Shown: positions 43,771 through 50,356 of the stretch, one piece after another | How positions within the stretch are numbered: the first letter of the stretch is position 1 | Layout: each line of letters opens with the position of its first letter | Origin: Candidatus Omnitrophota bacterium | Lineage (GTDB): Bacteria; Omnitrophota; Gorgyraeia; Gygaellales; Profunditerraquicolaceae | DNA: 50,356 nucleotides | Direction: 5' to 3' | Assembly (NCBI GenBank): GCA_020058085.1 | Contig: JAGVER010000014.1 | Span: 99,747 to 150,102, forward strand | Translations under genes and position numbers: made by a program | Notes under the pieces: generated by a model | The model's database searches: none | The model's input: only the letters and a program-made list of their open reading frames with translations | What the model was told of the DNA's origin: nothing

Positions 43771-45196
43771 TATTGTCGATACGATAGTTGATGAAACAAA
43801 GGGCTATCTGAAGAAGATTGCTGTTATTGATGGAGAGAGTAAGGTTTCTTATGCAGAGTTGCTTGAAGCGGTTAAAGATTCAAGCGAGGAATTAAAAAAG
43901 CGGGGCGTCTTAAAATTTCAGCGTGTGGCCTTATTATCCGAAGACGGTATTGACTATATTGTCGCTAGCCTTGCAGTATTAAAACTACACTCTGTTATTG
44001 TCCCTATTCCCATTGGATCGTCTTTGGAGGAGATTGAGAGTGTACTCTCTAATCTTAAGGTAAACTTTATTATCTTTGAGAAAGATTGTTATACCAAGAA
44101 AGGAGCTCTTCGGATATTCAAGAAGAGTGCGTTCAAAAAAGAGTTTTCAATTTTTCAGCTTAATCCCAAAAAAGGTTTGCCCCAAGATTTTTTTAAGATC
44201 AATCCGGCCTTTATACGTTTTTCATCAGGGACAACCGGGGAGAGTAAGGGAGTAGTGCTTTCGCACGAAACAATTATTGCCCGGACTTCTGCCGCAAATA
44301 AGGGTTTAAAAGTTACCTCCAAGGACCAGATTATCTGGGTGCTCTCAATGAGTTTCCATTTTGTGGTAACCATACTTTTATTCTTACGCCGCGCCGCAAC
44401 GATTATTATTTCCAGCCGTCAATTCCCTTATGAATTGTTAGATAACCTTAGGAAATATAAGCCTACCTTTATTTATGCTTCACCGGTACACTATCATATA
44501 CTCTCTAGTTTAAATCTCCCGAAGAAGTCGTTTTCGCGCCTTCGTTTAGTAGTTTCCACCGCAGTAAAATTAGCGCCTAATATCGCGGATAGATTCTACC
44601 GGGAGTTTAATTTAGAATTAGCTGAAGCCTATGGAATTATTGAAGTGGGTTTGCCATTCATTAATCTTTCGAAACGTAAATCTAAGCGTGGTTCAGTCGG
44701 CAAGATCATTTCGGACTATAATCTCAAAATAGCAGATAAAGATAAAGAAGGGATCGGTAAGATCTATATTAAGGGAAAGGGTATTTTTGACGCTTATTTT
44801 TCACCATGGCGTAATAGAAAAGATATCCTCACTAAAGGTTGGTTTAATACCGGTGATCTAGGAAAGTTAGATAAAGACGGTTTCTTGTATATTGTGGGTA
44901 GAGAGAAAAACATGATTAATTTTAGCGGGATGAAGGTATTTCCCTTTGAAGTAGAGAGTATTTTGAACCAGCACCCTTTGGTTCAGGAGTCTTATGTTTA
45001 TGGGGTAGCTCATCCTGAATATGGGCAGGTTCCTCTGGCCAAAGTTATTTTAAGAGCAGGGGAGAAGAGGGCGCGCAGCCTTAAAGTATTACGCAGGTTT
45101 TGTTACAAGACTCTGGCTTCTTATAAAGTTCCTAAAGAATTTGAATTTGTAGATAAACTTCCCAAGACTGCCAGCGGAAAAACAAAATATTTTTAA
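43748..45196 (+). CDS. ANL-family AMP-dependent synthetase/ligase (acyl-CoA or acyl-ACP ligase)
   Basis: Contains FSSGTTGESKGV, GWFNTGDLG..DGFLYIVGR and PKTASGK motifs. The start is 43748 or 43763. Confidence 0.85.
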   Translation: MFLKKMNNIVDTIVDETKGYLKKIAVIDGESKVSYAELLEAVKDSSEELKKRGVLKFQRVALLSEDGIDYIVASLAVLKLHSVIVPIPIGSSLEEIESVLSNLKVNFIIFEKDCYTKKGALRIFKKSAFKKEFSIFQLNPKKGLPQDFFKINPAFIRFSSGTTGESKGVVLSHETIIARTSAANKGLKVTSKDQIIWVLSMSFHFVVTILLFLRRAATIIISSRQFPYELLDNLRKYKPTFIYASPVHYHILSSLNLPKKSFSRLRLVVSTAVKLAPNIADRFYREFNLELAEAYGIIEVGLPFINLSKRKSKRGSVGKIISDYNLKIADKDKEGIGKIYIKGKGIFDAYFSPWRNRKDILTKGWFNTGDLGKLDKDGFLYIVGREKNMINFSGMKVFPFEVESILNQHPLVQESYVYGVAHPEYGQVPLAKVILRAGEKRARSLKVLRRFCYKTLASYKVPKEFEFVDKLPKTASGKTKYF

Positions 45197-45216
45197 GAAA
45201 ACTTAGCAGTTTTTTA

Positions 45217-45251
45217 TAGTACAGGAAAGTATAAAACACTTTCCTGTACTA
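45217..45251. terminator. strong bidirectional hairpin between convergent operons
   Basis: TAGTACAGGAAAGT [ataaaac] ACTTTCCTGTACTA is a perfect 14-bp stem, preceded by T5 on the + strand. It overlaps the stop codon of the minus-strand gene. Confidence 0.75.
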
Positions 45252-46508
45252 CTGCGAAAATCGCTTAAAGTTATCGCCGAAGGCGATTTTCTTGATTTTA
45301 TCCCGCATATAATAATAAAGAAGAGAATAAGAATATGATGATAGAAGGGCTAAGAATGGCACTAGAACAATGAAATATCTTGAATTATAACGGCAAGAAT
45401 AAACCGCGAGAAAATAAGATATGATTAGCATAAAACAAATGGCTTCTCCTAGTTTTCTTTTTACAAAAAGCACAAGCATCGCCAAGAAGCTCGAAAAAAA
45501 CACGCAGATAATAAAGAATAGCGCGGAATATTGAAATATTCTCCATCCCGAACCGTATTCTTTAAGTACTCTAAAATAATCTTTAGGGTTATCAGTAACC
45601 AATTCTAATTTTGTTGGATCATATCCGAGGGCACGCATTAACCCGAATGTCCCTGTACCGAGGAAAAATCGTTTTCTTTCCCAGAAGAAGTTTTTAATGC
45701 AGGGAATAGGGCTCTCTTTTTTTAGGAGGAGAGGCTTTTCTTTATTTATTGCATCTAAGTCCGCGGGTAAGGATTCAATTATTCTTACCATTTTTTGCGA
45801 TAAGGCGAATTTTCCATAGGCACGGTAATTATAAATTAACAAAGGCAATAGTATTAAAATATATATAAGAGCAAAGAAGAGCATTTTCTTGAATGACTGC
45901 TTGAGGCTTGGTAAGTATTTGGCAAAAATTATAGCTGCGACTATTACCGGGAAAAAGATAAATGTTTCTTTTGTTAATGTAAGCAATCCTAGAATTACCG
46001 CAGTAAGCGCTCCGTAAATCCGTTTTTCATTTTTCAAATAACTTAAGAATGTATAAAATGCAAAAGATATCAGGAGTAGGTATAATGCTTCTGCCGCGGG
46101 ATAGAGGATATCAATTAAAAGAGTTGGGAAGAAGATCATGGTAGCCGCGGTAATTAATGCGCGTACTTCGTTAAAGAAATATGCTATTGTTAAATAGAGG
46201 ATGCATACTGCTAAGGAGAAGAGAATAATATTTAAAATGCTCGCCAAAAAGTAACTCATACCAAATATTTTGAAGAATACAGCCAGAAACATTGGGTAGA
46301 GTGGGACATCCCATGGTAGGGTGCTCTCATTTAATATGGTTCCTGCTTCTTTAATATACCTGGCTTCATCAACATGAATTAATACGGAGAGGTCTCCTTG
46401 ATGTGTTAATGAGGTAAAGTAGAGCAGAAGCAGCCGCGTTGATAAGGTTAACAAGACTATTAGGACTGCGCGCGAGATTTTAATTTTTTTATTGAATTCT
46501 TTTTTCAC
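45249..46508 (-). CDS. polytopic membrane protein, GT-C (ArnT/PMT-like) glycosyltransferase candidate
   Basis: 419 aa with about 10 predicted TM helices. It follows and overlaps a GT2 gene. The call rests on topology and context only. Confidence 0.4.
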   Translation of the reverse strand: MKKEFNKKIKISRAVLIVLLTLSTRLLLLYFTSLTHQGDLSVLIHVDEARYIKEAGTILNESTLPWDVPLYPMFLAVFFKIFGMSYFLASILNIILFSLAVCILYLTIAYFFNEVRALITAATMIFFPTLLIDILYPAAEALYLLLISFAFYTFLSYLKNEKRIYGALTAVILGLLTLTKETFIFFPVIVAAIIFAKYLPSLKQSFKKMLFFALIYILILLPLLIYNYRAYGKFALSQKMVRIIESLPADLDAINKEKPLLLKKESPIPCIKNFFWERKRFFLGTGTFGLMRALGYDPTKLELVTDNPKDYFRVLKEYGSGWRIFQYSALFFIICVFFSSFLAMLVLFVKRKLGEAICFMLIISYFLAVYSCRYNSRYFIVLVPFLALLSSYSYSLLYYYMRDKIKKIAFGDNFKRFSQ

Positions 46509-47475
46509 GGATAAATAAATAGGAAAGTGCCCCGGATAATATCCCTGCTCCCATAACTAACATATCAATATAAGTAACGATTAAAGATTTGAGCATAAAA
46601 ACGGTCCCTTTTTCCTTGTACAAGAATTTAAAAAATGGCGTATTTAAGGCTAAAAACATGCCTAATAGCATGTAGACTAAGATTGTATTTTGCGGCCAGA
46701 ATTTTAATGTCATAAAGTTAAGTAGCACTATGGGAGAGATTATCAGACTTGCTATTTGATTGAGCTTGGCATGCGCGAACCCGCCATATCTGGTTAAGTG
46801 GTTTATACCGCGGTATTTCAAAAAAATCCTCGACCAATCATATGGAATAATGAAGTCGTTTTTTATAAATGAAATAAAATTATATGCCTTAAGATGAATA
46901 ACCTCAAGGTCTCTGTTTAGGGCTATTTTTCTGTTTGCTATTTTATAACGTTGGCCTGCTTCCGTGTCATCAGCCTTTAATCTTGTTTGGGAAAAGCTTA
47001 AATAAGCCTCTTTTCTAATCGCGCAGATTGAGGTGAATAAGAAATCTACGTAACCGCAAATTCGCGAGAAGGCAAAGTGCATATAGAGGTTTTTGTATTG
47101 GCTAAAGAAATTTTTGTTCGGATGTTCTTTAGAAAATAATCCGATAATAGCATCTAACTCCGCATCATTACTGAAAGAATCCATTACTATGCCCAGGGTA
47201 TTCTTTTTTACCATAACATCGGCATCTATAAAGAGCAGGATTTCTCCGGAAGAGCTATCTACAGCGACATTTCTTGCATATCCTGAACCGTGGTTTTTCT
47301 CTAAGGAGATAAGCTTGACCGGGAATTGCTTTGCTATTTCAGCGCCTTTGTCAATGCTGGTATCGTCAACGACAATGACTTCAAAAGGCTTAACTGAAGA
47401 TGAAAATACGGATCTAAGGCTATCCTCTAAAGTATCCGCTGAATTATAAATTGGTATAATGACGGATATTTTCAT
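46489..47475 (-). CDS. family-2 glycosyltransferase with C-terminal TM segments
   Basis: Contains ISVIIPIYNSADTL, VVDDTSIDKG and FIDADV (DxD) motifs. Confidence 0.8.
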   Translation of the reverse strand: MKISVIIPIYNSADTLEDSLRSVFSSSVKPFEVIVVDDTSIDKGAEIAKQFPVKLISLEKNHGSGYARNVAVDSSSGEILLFIDADVMVKKNTLGIVMDSFSNDAELDAIIGLFSKEHPNKNFFSQYKNLYMHFAFSRICGYVDFLFTSICAIRKEAYLSFSQTRLKADDTEAGQRYKIANRKIALNRDLEVIHLKAYNFISFIKNDFIIPYDWSRIFLKYRGINHLTRYGGFAHAKLNQIASLIISPIVLLNFMTLKFWPQNTILVYMLLGMFLALNTPFFKFLYKEKGTVFMLKSLIVTYIDMLVMGAGILSGALSYLFIREKRIQ

Positions 47476-48521
47476 AAATCTTTAGGGGATTTTTTATCTA
47501 AGAAATTTATAAGTGTTTCGATATTTTTATTTTTATCTGAACCGGTTAGAAAAGTATATGTTTTTGTTTTTAAAACAGCATTGCATGAATTTCTAAGGCG
47601 CGAAGCTAGAAGAGCACTTTTCTTAATAAGTTCAAGCGGGCTATTTTGTATAAGAAATTCAATGCCTTGGTATACGCCAAGCCCGATTACCGAATTGATT
47701 ACGAAAGCCCTAAGCATTTGTAACTTTGGAGCAGGTATTATCCGGGAATTGTTGCCAAGGCATCTTACTCCTTCAAAGGCGAATTTCAGTTTACATGGGT
47801 ATTTCGCAATTTTATCTTTAAAATACTCTATATCAAGCAGATATTTTGGCTCAAACTCCATCCTTTTGACTAGCCTAAGGTATTTTTCCGGAAAATCCGG
47901 GAGTTTCGCATTGGCATCAATACCGATCCTAATCGGGAAGGGGAGTATCTCTCCGGAAGAGTTTATTAAAGGGGTGTCTTCCGATATAAGTTTTACATTC
48001 GGGTATTTGAGTAATTCCAGCATAAGCGTAGTCTTTCCTCCTCCTTGCGGGAGAAGAATTAAAACTCCTTTGCCATTTATTTCGAGCCCTAAACCATGCA
48101 CTCTGTGGATATTCCTGGCATCAAAGTTTTGGCCAACAAGCGATAGAATCGAGAGGAAAGCAATCTCATGCCTAAGGTGAGGTTCTGAACTAAAAATTCT
48201 GTATTCTTTTTTTATTGAGTCGACTATTAAGAGGGCTTTTCCGAAGTAATCGATAAATAATAGATTTTCATAGCGATAAGAGAAATTCCTTGGCGAATGC
48301 GATGACGGCCGTAACGTCGGGAGAGAATGATAGTCGGGCGGTACGGTGAATATCTCAAAATGTACATCTGGAGTTTTGTTTGTATCTACAAAAAAAGAAA
48401 AATCCCTATGGATATTATCGATAGTTTGGTTGTCCGAAGATCTTACTTTAATTCCAAAACCGTAAAAAGAAAAGATAATTGATTCTTTTGTTTCAATCAT
48501 TTCATGATGGGCAATGTTCAC
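47472..48521 (-). CDS. HPr-kinase-like P-loop protein (HprK C-terminal-domain family)
   Basis: HGLGLEINGKGVLILLPQGGGKTTLMLELL resembles the HprK/P-type Walker A region. 349 aa. GTG start. Confidence 0.5.
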   Translation of the reverse strand: MNIAHHEMIETKESIIFSFYGFGIKVRSSDNQTIDNIHRDFSFFVDTNKTPDVHFEIFTVPPDYHSLPTLRPSSHSPRNFSYRYENLLFIDYFGKALLIVDSIKKEYRIFSSEPHLRHEIAFLSILSLVGQNFDARNIHRVHGLGLEINGKGVLILLPQGGGKTTLMLELLKYPNVKLISEDTPLINSSGEILPFPIRIGIDANAKLPDFPEKYLRLVKRMEFEPKYLLDIEYFKDKIAKYPCKLKFAFEGVRCLGNNSRIIPAPKLQMLRAFVINSVIGLGVYQGIEFLIQNSPLELIKKSALLASRLRNSCNAVLKTKTYTFLTGSDKNKNIETLINFLDKKSPKDL

Positions 48522-48555
48522 GAATTATCCCTATTGCGGGATTTGAGACTTTATT

Positions 48556-48584
48556 AGTATACTACTTTTACTCTTCTCTGCCAA
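48556..48584 (-). promoter_or_regulatory. sigma70-like promoter for the minus-strand glycosylation operon
   Basis: On the minus strand: TTGGCA, a 17-nt spacer, then TATACT. It lies about 35 nt upstream of the GTG at 48521. Confidence 0.45.
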
Positions 48585-48665
48585 ATGATTTCCTTGATCT
48601 CACTTATGTTCGATCAAGGATCCAGCCTTTAGGGCTAGACAAAAGCTTAAGGTGCTCAATTTAAT

Positions 48666-48693
48666 TTGATTTTCTCACTAAGAAGCATATAAT
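48666..48693 (+). promoter_or_regulatory. sigma70-like promoter (TTGATT-16-TATAAT)
   Basis: It lies in the divergent intergenic region, about 125 nt upstream of ATG 48820. Confidence 0.35.
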
Positions 48694-48819
48694 AATACTC
48701 GGCCTTTCTTTATTATCTAGTTTTTATTTTAATAACCAATAGGGAGCATCTTGATGTTGCCTCGTTTTGTATCCTCTTTTGTGCTTAACTTATTTAATCC
48801 AAATGATTTACGTTAGCCT

Positions 48820-50151
48820 ATGAAACAAACCATTATCGTTGGCGCTGGCCCTTCAGGCCTTGCCGCAGGTTACTATTTAGCTAAAAATAAAAGAAACGTG
48901 GTTTTGTTTGAAAAGGATTCTCTTGTTGGGGGCCTCTCTAAAACCATTATCTATAAGGGATGCTATTTTGATGTTGGAGGGCATCGTTTCTTTACGGATA
49001 TCCCGGAAGTGAAGGCCCTTTGGCAAGAAGTTTTAGGCGATGGGCTTTTGAAAAAAACAAGGGTTTCGCGCATTTTTTACCGCGGCAAGTTTTTCAACTA
49101 TCCTTTAAGTCTCTCGAACATCCTTTCGAATATAAGTTTAATAAGTTCCGGATGCTGTTTTCTAAGTTATTTTGCTTCTCAGTTAACTCCGTCCCAAAAA
49201 ACCGATAGTTTCGAAGATTACATAGTCAAACATTTTGGCAAGAGGCTTTATAAGATATTCTTTAAGGGTTATACAGAAAAAGTATGGGGAATCTCCTGCT
49301 CTAATCTATCTTGCGATTGGGCTGCTGAACGTATTAAAGGTCTTTCACTTATTGCTGCTTTTACTGCTACCTTAGGGCTTAATGGCCACATCCGTACGCT
49401 GATAAAAGAATTCTATTATCCTCTTCTTGGCCCAGGGATGATGTATGAAGCAATAGCAGAGCGAATTCAGAGCCTTGGGTGTCCTATTGAAATGGATAGA
49501 GAAGTTATAAGGGTAGTGCACGATTCTAAAAAAATTGTCTCTGTAATAACTAGAGATAAAGAAGGAAAAGAGCAGGAGTCTTTTGGGGATGATTTCATTT
49601 CCAGTATGCCTATTACCGAATTCGTTAATAAATTATACCCTCTTCCGCCAGATAATATTTTAGAAACAGCTCGAAAGCTGCATTACAGAGATTTATTAGT
49701 AGTGAATCTTATTTGTGCAAACGAAAACGTTTTTCCGGATAATTGGATATATGTTCACTCACCGGAAGTGAAAGTCTCCCGGATACAGAATTATAAAAAT
49801 TGGAGCCCTGCTGTTATCCCGGAATTGAAAAAGACTACGCTCGGGCTTGAATACTTCTGTTCGGCAAGAGATGAATTTTGGAAGAGAGATGATAAAGAGA
49901 TAGAGGGCATGGCAGCACTTGAGTTAGAGTATCTTGGATTTAACACAACTATTGAAGATAGCTTCGTCTATCGCGCCCCCCAGGCGTACCCTATCTATAC
50001 TTTAGGATATAGAGAAGCGGCAGGGATATTAAAAGGATATCTGAACCGTTTTAATAATTTAGCGCTCATCGGTAGGGCAGGCCGATTCCAATACGATAAT
50101 ATGGATAGTGCAATTGCCTCTGGGATCAATGCTGCTAAGGGCATACTATAA
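48820..50151 (+). CDS. NAD(P)/FAD-dependent oxidoreductase (protoporphyrinogen/amine-oxidase-like fold)
   Basis: IIVGAGPSGLAAGYYLAK..VVLFEKDSLVGGL dinucleotide-binding motif. 443 aa. Confidence 0.7.
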   Translation: MKQTIIVGAGPSGLAAGYYLAKNKRNVVLFEKDSLVGGLSKTIIYKGCYFDVGGHRFFTDIPEVKALWQEVLGDGLLKKTRVSRIFYRGKFFNYPLSLSNILSNISLISSGCCFLSYFASQLTPSQKTDSFEDYIVKHFGKRLYKIFFKGYTEKVWGISCSNLSCDWAAERIKGLSLIAAFTATLGLNGHIRTLIKEFYYPLLGPGMMYEAIAERIQSLGCPIEMDREVIRVVHDSKKIVSVITRDKEGKEQESFGDDFISSMPITEFVNKLYPLPPDNILETARKLHYRDLLVVNLICANENVFPDNWIYVHSPEVKVSRIQNYKNWSPAVIPELKKTTLGLEYFCSARDEFWKRDDKEIEGMAALELEYLGFNTTIEDSFVYRAPQAYPIYTLGYREAAGILKGYLNRFNNLALIGRAGRFQYDNMDSAIASGINAAKGIL

Positions 50152-50164
50152 ACCCTAAAACTCC

Positions 50165-50193
50165 TTGACGCTTTTGATAAAAAACCGTATAAT
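50165..50193 (+). promoter_or_regulatory. near-consensus sigma70 promoter for tRNA-Asp
   Basis: TTGACG (50165-70), a 17-nt spacer, then TATAAT (50188-93). It ends 12 nt before the tRNA 5' end. Confidence 0.65.
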
Positions 50194-50205
50194 TATTCCA
50201 CTTTA

Positions 50206-50284
50206 GGGGTCGTAGCTTAGCCCGGCTTAAAGCGCCTCCCTGTCACGGAGGAGATCGCGAGTCCGAATCTCGTCGGCCCCGCCA
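50206..50284 (+). tRNA. tRNA-Asp (anticodon GTC), CCA encoded
   Basis: Hand-folded: acceptor GGGGTCG/CGGCCCC, D arm GCTT/AAGC with an 11-nt loop, anticodon stem CCTCC/GGAGG with loop CTGTCAC, T arm GCGAG-TCCGAAT-CTCGT, discriminator G, CCA. Confidence 0.85.
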
Positions 50285-50356
50285 GTTTTAGATACCTGTT
50301 CTTAGGGGCAGGTATGAAAACGGCTAAATCCAAGAAAGATATGGAGTTTCCTTCCA

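Noticed and set aside
18431-45251. The whole lipid operon as a genomic island integrated at the 3' end of tRNA-Val.
   Set aside because: No integrase was found. No direct repeat of the tRNA 3' end was found near 45.2 kb. The operon's base composition looks like the housekeeping block. Only the upstream 16151 gene is compositionally odd.
47093-48664. Plus-strand ORFs 47093-47449, 47581-48180 and 48479-48664.
   Set aside because: They are antisense to the GT2 and HprK-like genes, with Ser/Leu-rich shadow translations.
50292-50315. Hairpin ATACCTG...CAGGTAT after tRNA-Asp shares the TACCTG/CAGGTA arms with the palindrome at 15111-15124.
   Set aside because: There are only two occurrences, with different spacing (10 nt vs 2 nt) and no U-tract. 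That is insufficient to call a repeat family or terminator.
1-50356. CRISPR arrays, transposases, integrases, toxin-antitoxin pairs and phage genes.
   Set aside because: None was found on reading the ORF set and the intergenic regions. The only repeats seen are the four short hairpin motifs reported above.

Overview
AT-rich bacterial window (about 33-38% GC on the 60-nt lines I hand-counted). It uses the standard genetic code, since TGA, TAA and TAG all serve as stops. Genes are tightly packed and almost all on the + strand. No homology search was possible, so every call rests on motifs read from the translations and on gene order. There are four blocks. (1) 1-14.1 kb is housekeeping: carB (5' truncated), mutM, an ICMT-like methyltransferase, pyrK-pyrD-pyrF, then directly a V-type ATPase operon in the order E, DUF2764-like, A, B, D, I, K. 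This order suggests Chlamydiae, Bacteroidota or Omnitrophota-type lineages, but I cannot assign taxonomy. (2) 14.2-18.5 kb is a small accessory patch: three small lipoproteins, a DUF1622-like membrane protein, a compositionally foreign (GC-rich) cobalamin-type radical SAM gene, an HTH plus LAGLIDADG-like ORF, and tRNA-Val(TAC). (3) 18.5-45.2 kb is the main item. It is one co-directional run of 27 genes spanning about 27 kb, closed by a 14-bp-stem terminator. The genes are 3 ketosynthases, 2 short CLF-like partners, 3 ACPs, FabG, hotdog dehydratases, a thioesterase, 2 adenylating enzymes, PlsC-like and LpxL-like acyltransferases, GT2-DUF2062, LolA-like and MMPL export proteins with a lipoprotein, 2 FAD oxidoreductases and a condensation-like protein. 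It also carries 3 B12-domain radical SAM enzymes plus a radical SAM/SPASM::hotdog fusion. The scaffold resembles aryl-polyene (APE) clusters, and the tailoring set resembles the one proposed for anammox ladderane clusters. No enoyl reductase is visible. I regard it as a candidate pathway for an undescribed modified polyene or fatty-acyl envelope lipid. (4) 45.2-50.4 kb holds a minus-strand operon (HprK-like P-loop protein, GT2, polytopic GT-C-like membrane protein), an FAD oxidoreductase, and tRNA-Asp(GTC) behind a consensus promoter. Separately, a two-hairpin intergenic motif (CACC[C]-stem / TAAAGGA loop / GGTG, then a second small hairpin abutting the Shine-Dalgarno) occurs four times at intra-operon junctions, with compensatory base changes in both stems. 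No CRISPR array, transposase or integrase was seen.
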